64,000 bases of DNA from a virus: positions 1 to 64,000 of IMG/VR virus record IMGVR_UViG_3300044707_000140, one strand, 5' to 3'. The position numbers were made by a program, and so were the translations under genes. Below the pieces are notes generated by a model. That model made no database searches and was not told where the DNA came from. It saw nothing but the letters and a program-made list of their open reading frames with translations. Within the stretch, counting starts at the first letter, position 1. Every line of letters starts with the position of its first letter. This document shows, piece after piece, positions 41,457-51,723 of the stretch.

Positions 41457-42421
41457 ACTGCAGCTAATTTCTTAGATTTCAACTTACCTTCGAGAGTCAA
41501 GAGCAAGTCTTGGTTATCATCGTCAGCAAGCAGTTTAATTAAATCATCTTCATCCTTAGCTACTTCAAACTCACCTTCATAAATCTTACCATTTGGTCGA
41601 GCTCTATAAATAGAATGTGTAAGAGCTTGTTTCACTAAGTCTTTGATATGGAGTAAGTTATCCTTCATATCTGCGAAGCGTGTGAACACTTCAACAGGAT
41701 TTAACCCTTGATACTTACCGTTTTTAAACTCGGTTTGTTTGAGGACATTATCTACAAGATTGTAAACAGCTTCCTCTTTAGTATCATCAGTTACAGGTAA
41801 TCCCAACAAGCGTGCCACTTTTCTTTTTCTCTCAGGGGTCATATTGTCAAACTTGACAATAGCCTTATTGATAAGTTGCTTCTTCTTGAACATCACTGCG
41901 TTCTCAATATCCTCGTCAGCCACATAAAACTGTGTATCTGCAGGAAATTCACCACGCTCCCAAGCTTGATAAGAACTTGCAATTGTGGGGTGAACACGCA
42001 ACCAAGAGAAAGCTATTTCCTGAAGAGGAATAGAAAGATCAAAGAAGTTGTCTCCATCTAGCAGCTTTACAGGCTGAACGTGCAAAGTGTCATTTGTAGA
42101 TGTGGACATTCCATAGTTCCAGAAATTAGAACGAGGACCTAGATCAACATCTCCTAAAGCAGCTTGTAACTTGTCTCTTAAAGCTGTTACACGTTCAGTC
42201 TCCATTTCTCTCTCTAGAGGATCAGAGATTCTGCGTATGTAAGCAGCATCAGGATCAATACCTGTGCGGTATTTACCATCAAGTTCTTTGTAAGGATACT
42301 TAAATACCCCTGTTCCAGGGATACGTGTAAGCCCTCTTAAAGACAGGCCACCTTGCATTGTTTGAAGTTGTGAGTTATTATACTCCTTCTTAAGTGTTGA
42401 GATTTTACCTAACTTACCCAT
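41453..42421 (-). CDS. Conserved crAss-like protein downstream of MCP (gene 75-like)
   Basis: Likely start is ATG 42421 (MGKLGKIS); the 5' extension in the ORF track runs through structured non-coding sequence. Confidence 0.7.
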   Translation of the reverse strand: MGKLGKISTLKKEYNNSQLQTMQGGLSLRGLTRIPGTGVFKYPYKELDGKYRTGIDPDAAYIRRISDPLEREMETERVTALRDKLQAALGDVDLGPRSNFWNYGMSTSTNDTLHVQPVKLLDGDNFFDLSIPLQEIAFSWLRVHPTIASSYQAWERGEFPADTQFYVADEDIENAVMFKKKQLINKAIVKFDNMTPERKRKVARLLGLPVTDDTKEEAVYNLVDNVLKQTEFKNGKYQGLNPVEVFTRFADMKDNLLHIKDLVKQALTHSIYRARPNGKIYEGEFEVAKDEDDLIKLLADDDNQDLLLTLEGKLKSKKLAAV

Positions 42422-42448
42422 ATGTAGTTTATTTATTTGGTTTATTAG

Positions 42449-42590
42449 CAGAGATGTGAGGACCGAACCTCGCAGCAATTGGGAGACACCCCAATTCTCA
42501 CCTCTGTAGTTTGAGAAGAGCTCCCCCACTCTGAAGTGGGGGGTATTCTCTCCTCGGTAGTTTATAAGAACAGCGTATAGCTGTATTCTT
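42449..42590 (-). ncRNA. Structured intergenic RNA (two hairpins plus a three-way junction)
   Basis: Several perfect inverted repeats separated by AAACUAC linkers. Confidence 0.45.
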
Positions 42591-42591
42591 A

Positions 42592-44145
42592 TTAGAACTG
42601 TGGAATTTCTTCAATAAGAACTGTACGAGACAAGTCCTCAATGAATACATCACAACGATCCTTCATCCAGATTTCATATCCTGGGAATTTGTTCGCAGAG
42701 CTCATACCCTGAGACTTAGCAAAGCCTAAGTGGTGGCGAGTTCCATCGATATATCCCCAAGTCATAGAAGGTGCACCCTTCATACGAACTTCACGGATGT
42801 TGTTAACCATAGAGCCATCAGACATTGGAGATACGTCGAACACCATGAATACAGGTGTAGACTTCTTGTTCTGTCCAAATTCTAGGTTAGATTGAGGAAG
42901 GTCAAGTTCTTTCAGGTGAATCAGTTCAACACGACCAGTCTCACGAGTTACCATTGCATCGAATGCAAAGTTGTAAGTGATGTGTTGTCCTTCGCCCTGC
43001 AGGTAACGGTTTCCGCTATCAGCTATGAAGCTAAGACCACTGTTCAAAGCGTCTGTCTTCAAAGCTTGTTGGAACACGTCAAAACCTGCTTCGTTAGTAT
43101 ACATTTTAACACGACGGTCTTTAACATCCACACGACGATAGAACAGGTCACCAAACACAGAACGGATCAGGTTGGCAGTAAATTCACCACGGTTGTATTG
43201 AACCAGGTTACCGTTGTTACGCATGCGGTGGTAAACACCAGCAGAAGTACGCTTAAGTTCTTGCTTGCTACCGTTAGTCTTAACAGTACCAGGACGAGAC
43301 CAAATCATACGCTTAACTTTCAACTCAAGCATAGATTTACGCATCCAGAACTCAATAAATGGCTCCCATTTAACATCGTTACGAGTTAAAGGAAGTTGGT
43401 TACGACGCTGAGGTGCATATACAAGGATATCCAAAGGACGTCCTGCAGAGTCACGCATCATTTTGTCATCAGCCCACTCAGTGATTTTGTGCTCAAAACC
43501 ATATGCAGAACCTAAAGATTCAAACATTGTGATTTGCTCACCCAAACGAGGAAGACCTAACAAATCTTGATCGAACTCACCAATTGCAGCATCAACCAAC
43601 TCAAGCTCGATACCTACTTGTAAGAAAGTAGAGCTAACGAAATCTACAGTTGGGTTGTCTGTAACCAAAGTGAAGCTATAAAGGAATCCCATGTTCCAAG
43701 GAATTGGGTCCTTAATAACGTAGAAACGAGGACCATACTGACGGCTACCAACAGAAACGATTGCGTTCTTAGAGAACTCGTTTGTGTCAAGTACCAATTG
43801 GAACTCTTGTCCATCGATACCAGGCTTGCTCAACTCAAGAGTTGAGTTAGGTACATCGATGATTTTGGGGAATTTGTAGGGAACAGCTACTTGCCATTTC
43901 CAAGCATCGCTATTATTATCAATGTAATAAGGCGTGCTTTTGTTGATCATGTCAAGGAAGTCATTGCTGTACAGAGAGCTCTGCGTATAGAGACTGATGA
44001 TCTTCTTGTCGTAATCAGCAGGCTCAGTTGAGTGAAAGCTCTCCAGGTGGTTAGCGTCAGTTAGCTTACCTACAGCACGCTTGTCCATAGAAGCGACACG
44101 AGCATACGTGAAGCCAGTTAGACCTGGGATTGTTTGAATTGCCAT
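42592..44145 (-). CDS. Major capsid protein (crAss-like, HK97 fold)
   Basis: 517 aa; T..NHL.S motif; strongly biased codon usage; between scaffold and gene 75. Confidence 0.9.
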   Translation of the reverse strand: MAIQTIPGLTGFTYARVASMDKRAVGKLTDANHLESFHSTEPADYDKKIISLYTQSSLYSNDFLDMINKSTPYYIDNNSDAWKWQVAVPYKFPKIIDVPNSTLELSKPGIDGQEFQLVLDTNEFSKNAIVSVGSRQYGPRFYVIKDPIPWNMGFLYSFTLVTDNPTVDFVSSTFLQVGIELELVDAAIGEFDQDLLGLPRLGEQITMFESLGSAYGFEHKITEWADDKMMRDSAGRPLDILVYAPQRRNQLPLTRNDVKWEPFIEFWMRKSMLELKVKRMIWSRPGTVKTNGSKQELKRTSAGVYHRMRNNGNLVQYNRGEFTANLIRSVFGDLFYRRVDVKDRRVKMYTNEAGFDVFQQALKTDALNSGLSFIADSGNRYLQGEGQHITYNFAFDAMVTRETGRVELIHLKELDLPQSNLEFGQNKKSTPVFMVFDVSPMSDGSMVNNIREVRMKGAPSMTWGYIDGTRHHLGFAKSQGMSSANKFPGYEIWMKDRCDVFIEDLSRTVLIEEIPQF

Positions 44146-44173
44146 TTTTTATTCTTTTGTGTTTATGAAAAAA

Positions 44174-45466
44174 TTATAAAAACCATGAATTTTGTTTAGA
44201 AGGCTGAGAGCCACCGCTAGTTGTTGACTTAGTTTTAGTCACCTGTCTAGCCACTTCCCCAAACAGCTCGTTTGATTTCTTAGAAACGCCTGTTCTTTGG
44301 ATGGTAGATAGTGTAGGATCTTTTTCTAAGATCTTCAGTAGCAGTGCAACCTTCACTTTGGTTGCATGGTTTTCAGGTCTTTTCAACTCTAAGATGGTCT
44401 TATCGAAATCTGTGAGAGTTTCTCCTGTTGCTGTCTTATACTTATCTACCAGCAGGAAGTCTTGTAGTTCGTTGGCCAACTTAGGGTTGATGGGTATTCC
44501 GTCAAACTCCTTGGATTTCAGCTTATCCTGAAGGACTTGCTGAACGTTATTAATATACTGATTCTTTACAGCTTGTTTCTGTTGTAGCTCCACCTCAGCC
44601 TTTTGCTCCATTTGGGCAAGTTTCTGGGCTTCCTTCTTAACCAACACCTTGTGGTGTTTTGTTGCTACACTTTCTAAATCACCGTAGTTTTTGAGTCTTT
44701 CAACCTCTGTGTTGATGTCTTCAGGCTCAAATCCTTGATCAGCTAGAGCTTGCTTAATGACTGACACTTGATTATTCTCTTGTGACAAGTCCATATCAGC
44801 GAAGCTTACAACATTGTTATATGTACCAAAGTATTCCTTTGGATTAACACCTTTTACGAATATAGCATCGAACGCTTGTTGATAATCTTCACCAAACTGA
44901 CCAATGAAGTTTTGTACCATTTCAACAGCTCCTTTCTTCTTCTCACTTTGGAAGCGTTCAAGGAACTCTTCAGGAGTGGATATACTTACATCTTCTTCAT
45001 CCTCATCCTGTGAAAACACACCAAGTTTGAAGAGGTCGCGGGACAGAGCTGTAAATTGACTCACTTGCTCATCTCCACCTTCTGCATCATCTGTTTCTTC
45101 AGCAGCAGGTTTAGCTTCAGCAACAGGAGCTGCGGGAGCTTTCTTCTTAACTGGTTGAGGATCAGCTTCTTCTGCATTATCCTCATCCCCAGCATTATCT
45201 CCCAAGAAGCTAGAAATCAGGTCTTGACCTGAAAGTTCTTTACCATCTTCTTTAGGAACAATCTCCTTTCCTTTTGGAACATCTGGTTTTGGATCTGCAG
45301 TGGGGGGTGTAGCCTCTTTTACAATCTCCTGAAGTTGATCAGGACTGCTTGTAGAAGTTTCAGGAGCTAAAAGGTCATTAAGAAGCTCCGTACCACCAGG
45401 ACCCATTTCCATAGTGTTCTCAATACTAAAGTTGCCAAACGATGGCGTATCAAGGTTCTCAGCCAT
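44174..45466 (-). CDS. Scaffold-like protein
   Basis: Acidic, disordered N-half and coiled-coil C-half, directly upstream of MCP. Confidence 0.75.
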   Translation of the reverse strand: MAENLDTPSFGNFSIENTMEMGPGGTELLNDLLAPETSTSSPDQLQEIVKEATPPTADPKPDVPKGKEIVPKEDGKELSGQDLISSFLGDNAGDEDNAEEADPQPVKKKAPAAPVAEAKPAAEETDDAEGGDEQVSQFTALSRDLFKLGVFSQDEDEEDVSISTPEEFLERFQSEKKKGAVEMVQNFIGQFGEDYQQAFDAIFVKGVNPKEYFGTYNNVVSFADMDLSQENNQVSVIKQALADQGFEPEDINTEVERLKNYGDLESVATKHHKVLVKKEAQKLAQMEQKAEVELQQKQAVKNQYINNVQQVLQDKLKSKEFDGIPINPKLANELQDFLLVDKYKTATGETLTDFDKTILELKRPENHATKVKVALLLKILEKDPTLSTIQRTGVSKKSNELFGEVARQVTKTKSTTSGGSQPSKQNSWFL

Positions 45467-45497
45467 ATGTAGTTGTTTTTTATTGGTTTATGAAACG

Positions 45498-45528
45498 TAA
45501 AAGTATATAATAGCTATTGAATAACAAA
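45498..45528 (-). promoter_or_regulatory. Bacteroidota sigma70-type promoter for capsid operon
   Basis: TTTG(45528-45525)-N19-TACTTTTA(45505-45498). Confidence 0.55.
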
Positions 45529-45595
45529 GAGTTAGATGGCTATATAGACCATTTTCATGGATAATATAGCATTAATGTTTTTTACTCTAACTAAA

Positions 45596-45850
45596 TCACT
45601 TTAATTCTACCCATCTAAAACCAAGTTTCCACAGAAATCTGGCTGTCTTGGAGGACTCTTTACTAACCTTTGTCTCGCTCCAGTCAGGGTGTTTTAAGTG
45701 AAAATGCTCATGTAGGGCGGTGAGTAAATACCTATAACCACTAAGTCTTACATCTAATTCTATCTTGTTCTTATCATCCCAGGCTAGTCCATGAGCTTTT
45801 TCTCTGCCTAGTTTACGATGCTCTACCTTATGTGGGTTTGTTATTTCCAT
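45596..45850 (-). CDS. Minimal zincin-like metallopeptidase
   Basis: G.A...IELD.RL......TALHEHFH...P.WSE..V; probable start ATG 45850. Confidence 0.65.
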   Translation of the reverse strand: MEITNPHKVEHRKLGREKAHGLAWDDKNKIELDVRLSGYRYLLTALHEHFHLKHPDWSETKVSKESSKTARFLWKLGFRWVELK

Positions 45851-46064
45851 ATTGACTTGCTTCAAATATTTCTTTAAGAGCCTGATAAGTAATTAATAAT
45901 GACATCTTTTTTATTCCACTCACCATCTCAACCTCTTCTTCAGACAACAAAACAGTGTCCATGTCCTCAACAACACCCATTGCTTGTATACAGGCTGTAA
46001 TGTCCTCATGAGGTGTTGGATCAAACTCCATGATGTCATTATCTAATATCTCGTTGATATCCAT
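45828..46064 (-). CDS. Small acidic hypothetical protein
   Basis: 78 aa; start overlaps the portal stop. Confidence 0.6.
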   Translation of the reverse strand: MDINEILDNDIMEFDPTPHEDITACIQAMGVVEDMDTVLLSEEEVEMVSGIKKMSLLITYQALKEIFEASQYGNNKPT

Positions 46065-48658
46065 TATTCTTTTTTAGGTTTCTTCGCTCTTCCCTTTGCA
46101 TTCTCTTTTGCTATCGCTAAATCATTTGCTTGATTCTCACGAGCCACTTTCAATTTCTCCCTTTCTACAGAAAGTTTTTCAGCAGCTAGTCTATTCTTGG
46201 AATTGATATCAGCCATTTTAGCATCAAACTCTCTACTTGCTTTCGATTGTTCTGCAGCTAACTTGCTGATTTCCAATACATCAGGAGTTCCTGACTCATC
46301 TACATCAGACAGACCCATACCCATAGACTTAGCTTCAGCATTGATTAGGGCAATCTCTTTCTTGTTTATGCGATCAAGCTCGTTCTGGTAGTTATCATTT
46401 GCAATATCCTGCTCTTTCTGTATTTGAGCTTGTTGCATTTGAGCTTGAGCAATTTGAGCCTGTTGATCAGTTTGTTGCTGTTGGATTTGCAATTGTTGCT
46501 GTTGCATTGCATCTTGTTTGTCACGAAGAGTTTTAAATACCTTCTTCATTTCTCTCATAGACTTAGTGCTGTACAGCTCGATCACGTCGTACAGAGATCC
46601 ACCATTCTGCATCAAAGGCTGTGCCAGCTGACGAAGCTCATTGAACATCTGTGTATCCTCAGGACGATTTGTCAAGAACACCTTCAGGTCACGAAACTTT
46701 AAGTCAGAACCATTAACAGAAACAAAAGCTGATTCACCCTCGCTAGTAATATAACTGAGTGTAGACTGAGGCTTCTTAGATTCTACATATAGAGCTGCAT
46801 CAATAATAGCTTGATAGAGCTGACCCATTACATATTCGTGAGCTATAAATAAAGGTTCTGTTTGAGCGTAAGACTGTTGAACAGCTGTGTTTACACCTGT
46901 AGCAGACTCACTGGCTGTAACAGATCCCATACGCTGTCTACTCATCCCCACGAGTTCCCAACATTCGTTCTTTAATTGTTGAGCTAGTGTATAACGAGAT
47001 TGAATTTCCTGTGTACGTGTGAGGTCAATATCTCTAAACTGGTTGAAGCTTGAAGGACTCTTCAAGTTCTCAGGGCTATCGTCAATAAAGACAACACCCC
47101 TGTTTCTTGCTTCTAATTCCCATATATCTAAAGCATCTTGGGCATCACCATCCTTAGGAACAGGAATATGTCTGATGGATGTTAAATACACCTTACCCAC
47201 TTCTTTCTCTAGTAGCTTATAGAGCTGGTTCATACATACGTTGTACAGCACCTGGAAAGGCTTCATCAAATCTACCAGAGATTTAGCTTCTGTGTTCTTC
47301 ACCTCAAAGGTTATACCAATGATAGGACAATAATTAAGAAGCTTAAAAGGTTTAACGTGATAGATGTCTGGACCAATTTTTGTACCCTGATACCACTGGT
47401 TAATCCATCCCCACTCTAACGATTGTTGTGTGGGCATTGTACCACTCTTATAGTTTTCATCTACAAGAACAGATTGCTCGTTACCAAGCTCATCTAAATA
47501 GATGAGTTTACCAATCTTCTTCTTACTTAACCAGTAACAACGAACAACAACATACTTATATCCAAAAGAACTAACATTAGATGTTAATCCTAAGAAGTCT
47601 TTTAGTCCATCATTATTCTCCTTCATTTCTGATTCAATAATCATACGTGTTTGAAGAACAAGAGGATCGAATGTATCATATGTCACTGAGTCAATACCAG
47701 GGACAGCATTGGGATTACCTAGATTAGATTCACGGACGTTAATAAGTCCATAGTCTTGGAGAGAACTTCTTAGATGGTCTATCTCTTCTTTAGTGAGATC
47801 AGGAATGCTTTCAATGATTTCTGAAAGCTCCATAACTTGCACTGTACCAGCGGCATAAGCACCCTGTGCTCTACCTGTAGGGTCAGAAATATACTTCCTA
47901 TCAGGAGTTGTAAGAAACCAAGTGTTCTTTGGGTTAGCCACCTCGATGTTAAAACCGAGCTTTGAGTTGTCTTCATATATATGATAGAATTCTCTTCCAG
48001 AAATTAGCATATCACGAAATGCATCTTCGCTCTTTTCCTTTACATTGAATTCAGCTTTCTGGCATGTAAGCACGTGGTTAGCCCACTTTTCAGCTACAGA
48101 TGTGTAACTGTCTAGGACATCCTGCACATCTTCCATTGTCATTTGTTGCACCTCTTCCTCAGAAAGTTCTTGACCATTCATTGCAGCATTTTCTAGAATT
48201 TGCTGTTTAGCTTTTCCAATAACATATTGCTGAAGAATTTCTGTTTTAAACTCAAGCTCTTCAGACTTACTATCATCATCAAAAGCCTTCACCCTGAATG
48301 TGTCAGGACGCTTGCTTATTTCACCAACCAGTTCATTAACAGGAGTGGTGATGATGGAGTACATCTTAACATAAGCAGGCAATTGTAGATCAGCTGTAAG
48401 TACGTCTGTGAATGAACGCACTTGTGGTTCCTGATAGAAGTCTTCCATCCTCAGGATACCCTTCATTAGGTCATAGTTTTTAACAAACGTGTCACGGTTC
48501 TTTACATACTCAGCATACGCTTTGTTTGCAAAGTAGTCCATGGTGTTTTTAATCCAGCTTTCATCTTGCTTCTCCTTATCTGTCTTAAACTGGTCAGGGA
48601 AGATGTTAAGATAGGCATACCTAATGGTAGCATCTTTGGTATATCTTATAATTGCCAT
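46064..48658 (-). CDS. Portal protein
   Basis: 864 aa after TerL; L.GE...RP, G.SRQR.G, Q-rich coiled-coil barrel typical of crAss-like portals. Confidence 0.9.
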   Translation of the reverse strand: MAIIRYTKDATIRYAYLNIFPDQFKTDKEKQDESWIKNTMDYFANKAYAEYVKNRDTFVKNYDLMKGILRMEDFYQEPQVRSFTDVLTADLQLPAYVKMYSIITTPVNELVGEISKRPDTFRVKAFDDDSKSEELEFKTEILQQYVIGKAKQQILENAAMNGQELSEEEVQQMTMEDVQDVLDSYTSVAEKWANHVLTCQKAEFNVKEKSEDAFRDMLISGREFYHIYEDNSKLGFNIEVANPKNTWFLTTPDRKYISDPTGRAQGAYAAGTVQVMELSEIIESIPDLTKEEIDHLRSSLQDYGLINVRESNLGNPNAVPGIDSVTYDTFDPLVLQTRMIIESEMKENNDGLKDFLGLTSNVSSFGYKYVVVRCYWLSKKKIGKLIYLDELGNEQSVLVDENYKSGTMPTQQSLEWGWINQWYQGTKIGPDIYHVKPFKLLNYCPIIGITFEVKNTEAKSLVDLMKPFQVLYNVCMNQLYKLLEKEVGKVYLTSIRHIPVPKDGDAQDALDIWELEARNRGVVFIDDSPENLKSPSSFNQFRDIDLTRTQEIQSRYTLAQQLKNECWELVGMSRQRMGSVTASESATGVNTAVQQSYAQTEPLFIAHEYVMGQLYQAIIDAALYVESKKPQSTLSYITSEGESAFVSVNGSDLKFRDLKVFLTNRPEDTQMFNELRQLAQPLMQNGGSLYDVIELYSTKSMREMKKVFKTLRDKQDAMQQQQLQIQQQQTDQQAQIAQAQMQQAQIQKEQDIANDNYQNELDRINKKEIALINAEAKSMGMGLSDVDESGTPDVLEISKLAAEQSKASREFDAKMADINSKNRLAAEKLSVEREKLKVARENQANDLAIAKENAKGRAKKPKKE

Positions 48659-50682
48659 TATGAGAACAATTTACTTTTTTTCTTTTGGAATAACCCTCTT
48701 GATTCTGTGAACAATTGGTTTTTCTTATTTGGTCTAAAGAATGCTTTTAATCTGTCATCTCCTGATCCTCCCACCTTTCCAAGTATGGGGTCCATTTTAA
48801 GAGCTTGTGCAATAGCTAACTCTGCTGCTACAATACGGTCAAAGTTACCTTGATCGTTATACTGAATAATCTCTTCTAGCAGAACAGGATCAAATATCTT
48901 TGACACACCTAGCACCTCTTTAATGATATCACCATCTTCGTTCTTTTCTTGATACACTACAGCCTCCATATACTTCTTGAGACAGTTGTGCAGATAGTCT
49001 CTTATCTTATCTGCTGAGCGGTGCACCCCATACTCACGCTTTACGGTGGTACCAGGCACCACTTCTTTCAACCACTCAGGTTGTTTTTCGAGGTAGTGTG
49101 CATCTCCTTTTGCTTTCATATATTCTATGAAGGAGATATCATCATTTTCACAGAGCGTTCGTGCATTATAATATTTGATAAGAAGTCTAGCCTGTTCTTC
49201 CCAGGTTTCTTTCTTATCAGGTCTTGCACAATACGAAGCTACGAACATATCTTGGTATTTCTCACCAGTTATGTCGTGCATTCTCTTATAAATATATACA
49301 GAACCCAAAGATGTAGAATAGGCAGCTTGTCCTTGTCTATAAGGGTCAACTCCTGCTACATAGAGTCCGTATGGTGGGTTTTCTAAAGGAAATTCATATA
49401 CAACTACAGGAGCATCCTTCAGATCAGTATTCTTAAGAGGGAAGTTAGTGATGGGTTGTTTGTCTGTAAACTCATGACTTATCTTCTCTCCATCATGGAA
49501 CAATATAACAGGAGTACCTGTGCGTTCTTGACCAATGAGTCTAGCTTTCTGACGTTTAGCTGCCTCAATATCAAATATGTTTGTGTCCTCATTCAGGAAG
49601 ATGTCATCCACTTCCATGGGATAGTACATCTTCTCTTTCAGATAGGCCACTCTATCTCCAGCCTTTTTCAGGCGTTCTAGATTAGATTCTGTAATTTGTT
49701 TAGCCTTCTCCTCATTACTCACCAACATCTTAACGTTGTGAAGATCGCTTCCTTTAGGCTGTTCCAAAAACGCACCAAGCGTACTTTCTTCCTTAGCCTC
49801 CATTCGATATTTATACGAAATAAACAAGCCATGAATACGTTTCTCATCCTTTTCATTATTGTATGTAAGGAAGTTAAAGTTGTCTACATCAAACATTAGA
49901 CTCTTGGCATCCATGAATCTCTTCATATCACCACCAGTCCCAGTAAGAATTGGAGAACACCCCCATCCGTATGGAGTTGTAAAACCTGGCACAGCTGCCT
50001 GAAATCCTCTGAGAAAATTACCCTTACCAATCTCATCAATAATTAGTTTACGTGGTTTGGTACCAGCAATAGCTTCTTCGTTATTACCTTCATCCAAGTT
50101 ACGGATGAGGATCTGGGAGAACGGAATACGCTCTCCTGATTTAGTCTTAATACCTAGGGTGACTTGGTTTTTCCAGTTGTCCTCAACTCTCTGCCATCTC
50201 CATGCTTCAGGCAAAAAGTTAAGGCCCTTGTCCAGCTTATCCGTGATCAGCTTTATATCGGGGGCATTCAACCCAGCGATCACATTCTGGGAATTCTCAT
50301 CAAATGTAGCGCCCCACCCTATGTAAGAAGCCTCTAAAACAGACTTAGCAAAACGTCGAATTCCTAGTATAACTAGTCCTTTCTTGTCTTGTTGAGCCCT
50401 TTCTATTTCGTTTGTTACAATCCACTCATTGTCACGCAATAAGGGATTGGCATATTTCTGTGATATTCTTCCACGCTCATCAATAACATCCACTTCTGTG
50501 TGCCAGATGTTAAGGTGCCAGTAGAGAAAAGGGTTAATGAACACCCCGTTCATCATAGCACCATTTAAGCATATATCTCTATGGAAGTCAAAAAAAGGTT
50601 TGTACTCTGCTGACTGACGATCAGGAATACGCCCCTGGTTTAAATACCAGTCTCTGTAATCTATGCTTTTTATTTCAGTCAT
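48658..50682 (-). CDS. terL: Terminase large subunit
   Basis: Walker A-like RRFAKS, Walker B LIIDEIG, GTGG, RNase H-like AGVDPY and NFDR. Confidence 0.93.
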   Translation of the reverse strand: MTEIKSIDYRDWYLNQGRIPDRQSAEYKPFFDFHRDICLNGAMMNGVFINPFLYWHLNIWHTEVDVIDERGRISQKYANPLLRDNEWIVTNEIERAQQDKKGLVILGIRRFAKSVLEASYIGWGATFDENSQNVIAGLNAPDIKLITDKLDKGLNFLPEAWRWQRVEDNWKNQVTLGIKTKSGERIPFSQILIRNLDEGNNEEAIAGTKPRKLIIDEIGKGNFLRGFQAAVPGFTTPYGWGCSPILTGTGGDMKRFMDAKSLMFDVDNFNFLTYNNEKDEKRIHGLFISYKYRMEAKEESTLGAFLEQPKGSDLHNVKMLVSNEEKAKQITESNLERLKKAGDRVAYLKEKMYYPMEVDDIFLNEDTNIFDIEAAKRQKARLIGQERTGTPVILFHDGEKISHEFTDKQPITNFPLKNTDLKDAPVVVYEFPLENPPYGLYVAGVDPYRQGQAAYSTSLGSVYIYKRMHDITGEKYQDMFVASYCARPDKKETWEEQARLLIKYYNARTLCENDDISFIEYMKAKGDAHYLEKQPEWLKEVVPGTTVKREYGVHRSADKIRDYLHNCLKKYMEAVVYQEKNEDGDIIKEVLGVSKIFDPVLLEEIIQYNDQGNFDRIVAAELAIAQALKMDPILGKVGGSGDDRLKAFFRPNKKNQLFTESRGLFQKKKSKLFS

Positions 50683-51017
50683 TATCTTCTGCTCCTGAGG
50701 AAGTCTTCAGCCATTGAACTCAACTCTCCATTCCCTCTAACTTCCACTTTAGCTTCTTCTTTCTCACGCAGTTTTTCCACAACCTCCAGAAGAGCTAGAT
50801 AGTTCTTCATTGTTTCCTGGATGAACTTACCCTGTGCCTCAATGCTTGCTATCACCATGGGTAACATACCTCCTTTAGCTGTAGGTTTCCACTCAATCCT
50901 GTCCTTCAGTTCATGAAGGGGATTTGCATCTACATAAGCTTTCCACGATGTGAGCTGTTGTTCAGCCCAATCAAGCTCTGTATTTATGTATGTAGTTTTT
51001 TTAATAGTCTTCGCCAT
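50682..51017 (-). CDS. Hypothetical protein, possible terminase small subunit
   Basis: Helical; abuts TerL; C-terminal VRG motif. Confidence 0.45.
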   Translation of the reverse strand: MAKTIKKTTYINTELDWAEQQLTSWKAYVDANPLHELKDRIEWKPTAKGGMLPMVIASIEAQGKFIQETMKNYLALLEVVEKLREKEEAKVEVRGNGELSSMAEDFLRSRR

Positions 51018-51282
51018 CTTGCTCTTTTAAAATGTCATCCAGATTCATACCATCCTTAATAATCTGGTCAAGTTCGTTCTCATCTGTATGAGGAACGTCT
51101 AGCTCTAGTTGAGACTTATACTTCTCTAGAGCAAATAGCACTTCTTTGTCTGTCAGTCCCCACACGTCTCCATACTCATCAAGCGCAGTGGCTAAGTGTC
51201 TACCCATATTGTAATTAGGGTAGGCAGTGTGTAGTTGTTGGAGAATTGTCAGAACCTGACTGTAATAACTTGCCTTTCTCAT
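51001..51282 (-). CDS. Hypothetical protein
   Basis: 93-aa ORF in a tightly packed operon. Confidence 0.6.
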   Translation of the reverse strand: MRKASYYSQVLTILQQLHTAYPNYNMGRHLATALDEYGDVWGLTDKEVLFALEKYKSQLELDVPHTDENELDQIIKDGMNLDDILKEQDGEDY

Positions 51283-51286
51283 TAGC

Positions 51287-51469
51287 TCATTTTACTATCA
51301 AGCCAGCGCTTGTAGCAGATAGCTTCTCTAATCCTGGTGAAACAACACTCTTGATTAGTTTAGCTATCTCTTCGTTAGCTAGCGTTTTTACATCTTCTGA
51401 AATTCCTGGAGTTGCTACCAAAGCTCCGAGCTTCTCAATAACAATCCATGCTTCTACTATTGGGTTCAT
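51287..51469 (-). CDS. Hypothetical protein
   Basis: 60-aa ORF in operon. Confidence 0.55.
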   Translation of the reverse strand: MNPIVEAWIVIEKLGALVATPGISEDVKTLANEEIAKLIKSVVSPGLEKLSATSAGLIVK

Positions 51470-51723
51470 ATTAATTGGTTTAAATCTTCGTCATCAAGCT
51501 TTTTAGAAGGGTCAATCTCCACCTCTATATCAAACTCATTTTCCTCTTTATCTCCTTTGGTGTAATATTCTTCCTTGATAGCAATTCCTATGTTATCTTG
51601 TAACTCATCAGGAACGCCTATAATATCCACGAAATCAGCGCCTTTGTTCCAAGCGTCTGTAAGCACCTCAATGAATAGCTTCAGAGGTATCTTCTTAAGG
51701 GTGATTTCTTGTCTATTTTCCAT
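51466..51723 (-). CDS. Acidic hypothetical protein
   Basis: 85-aa ORF in operon. Confidence 0.55.
   Translation of the reverse strand: MENRQEITLKKIPLKLFIEVLTDAWNKGADFVDIIGVPDELQDNIGIAIKEEYYTKGDKEENEFDIEVEIDPSKKLDDEDLNQLI

Noticed and set aside
42449-42506. tRNA gene
   Set aside because: No D or anticodon arm pattern, non-canonical T-loop, no CCA; kept only as a tRNA-like structure.
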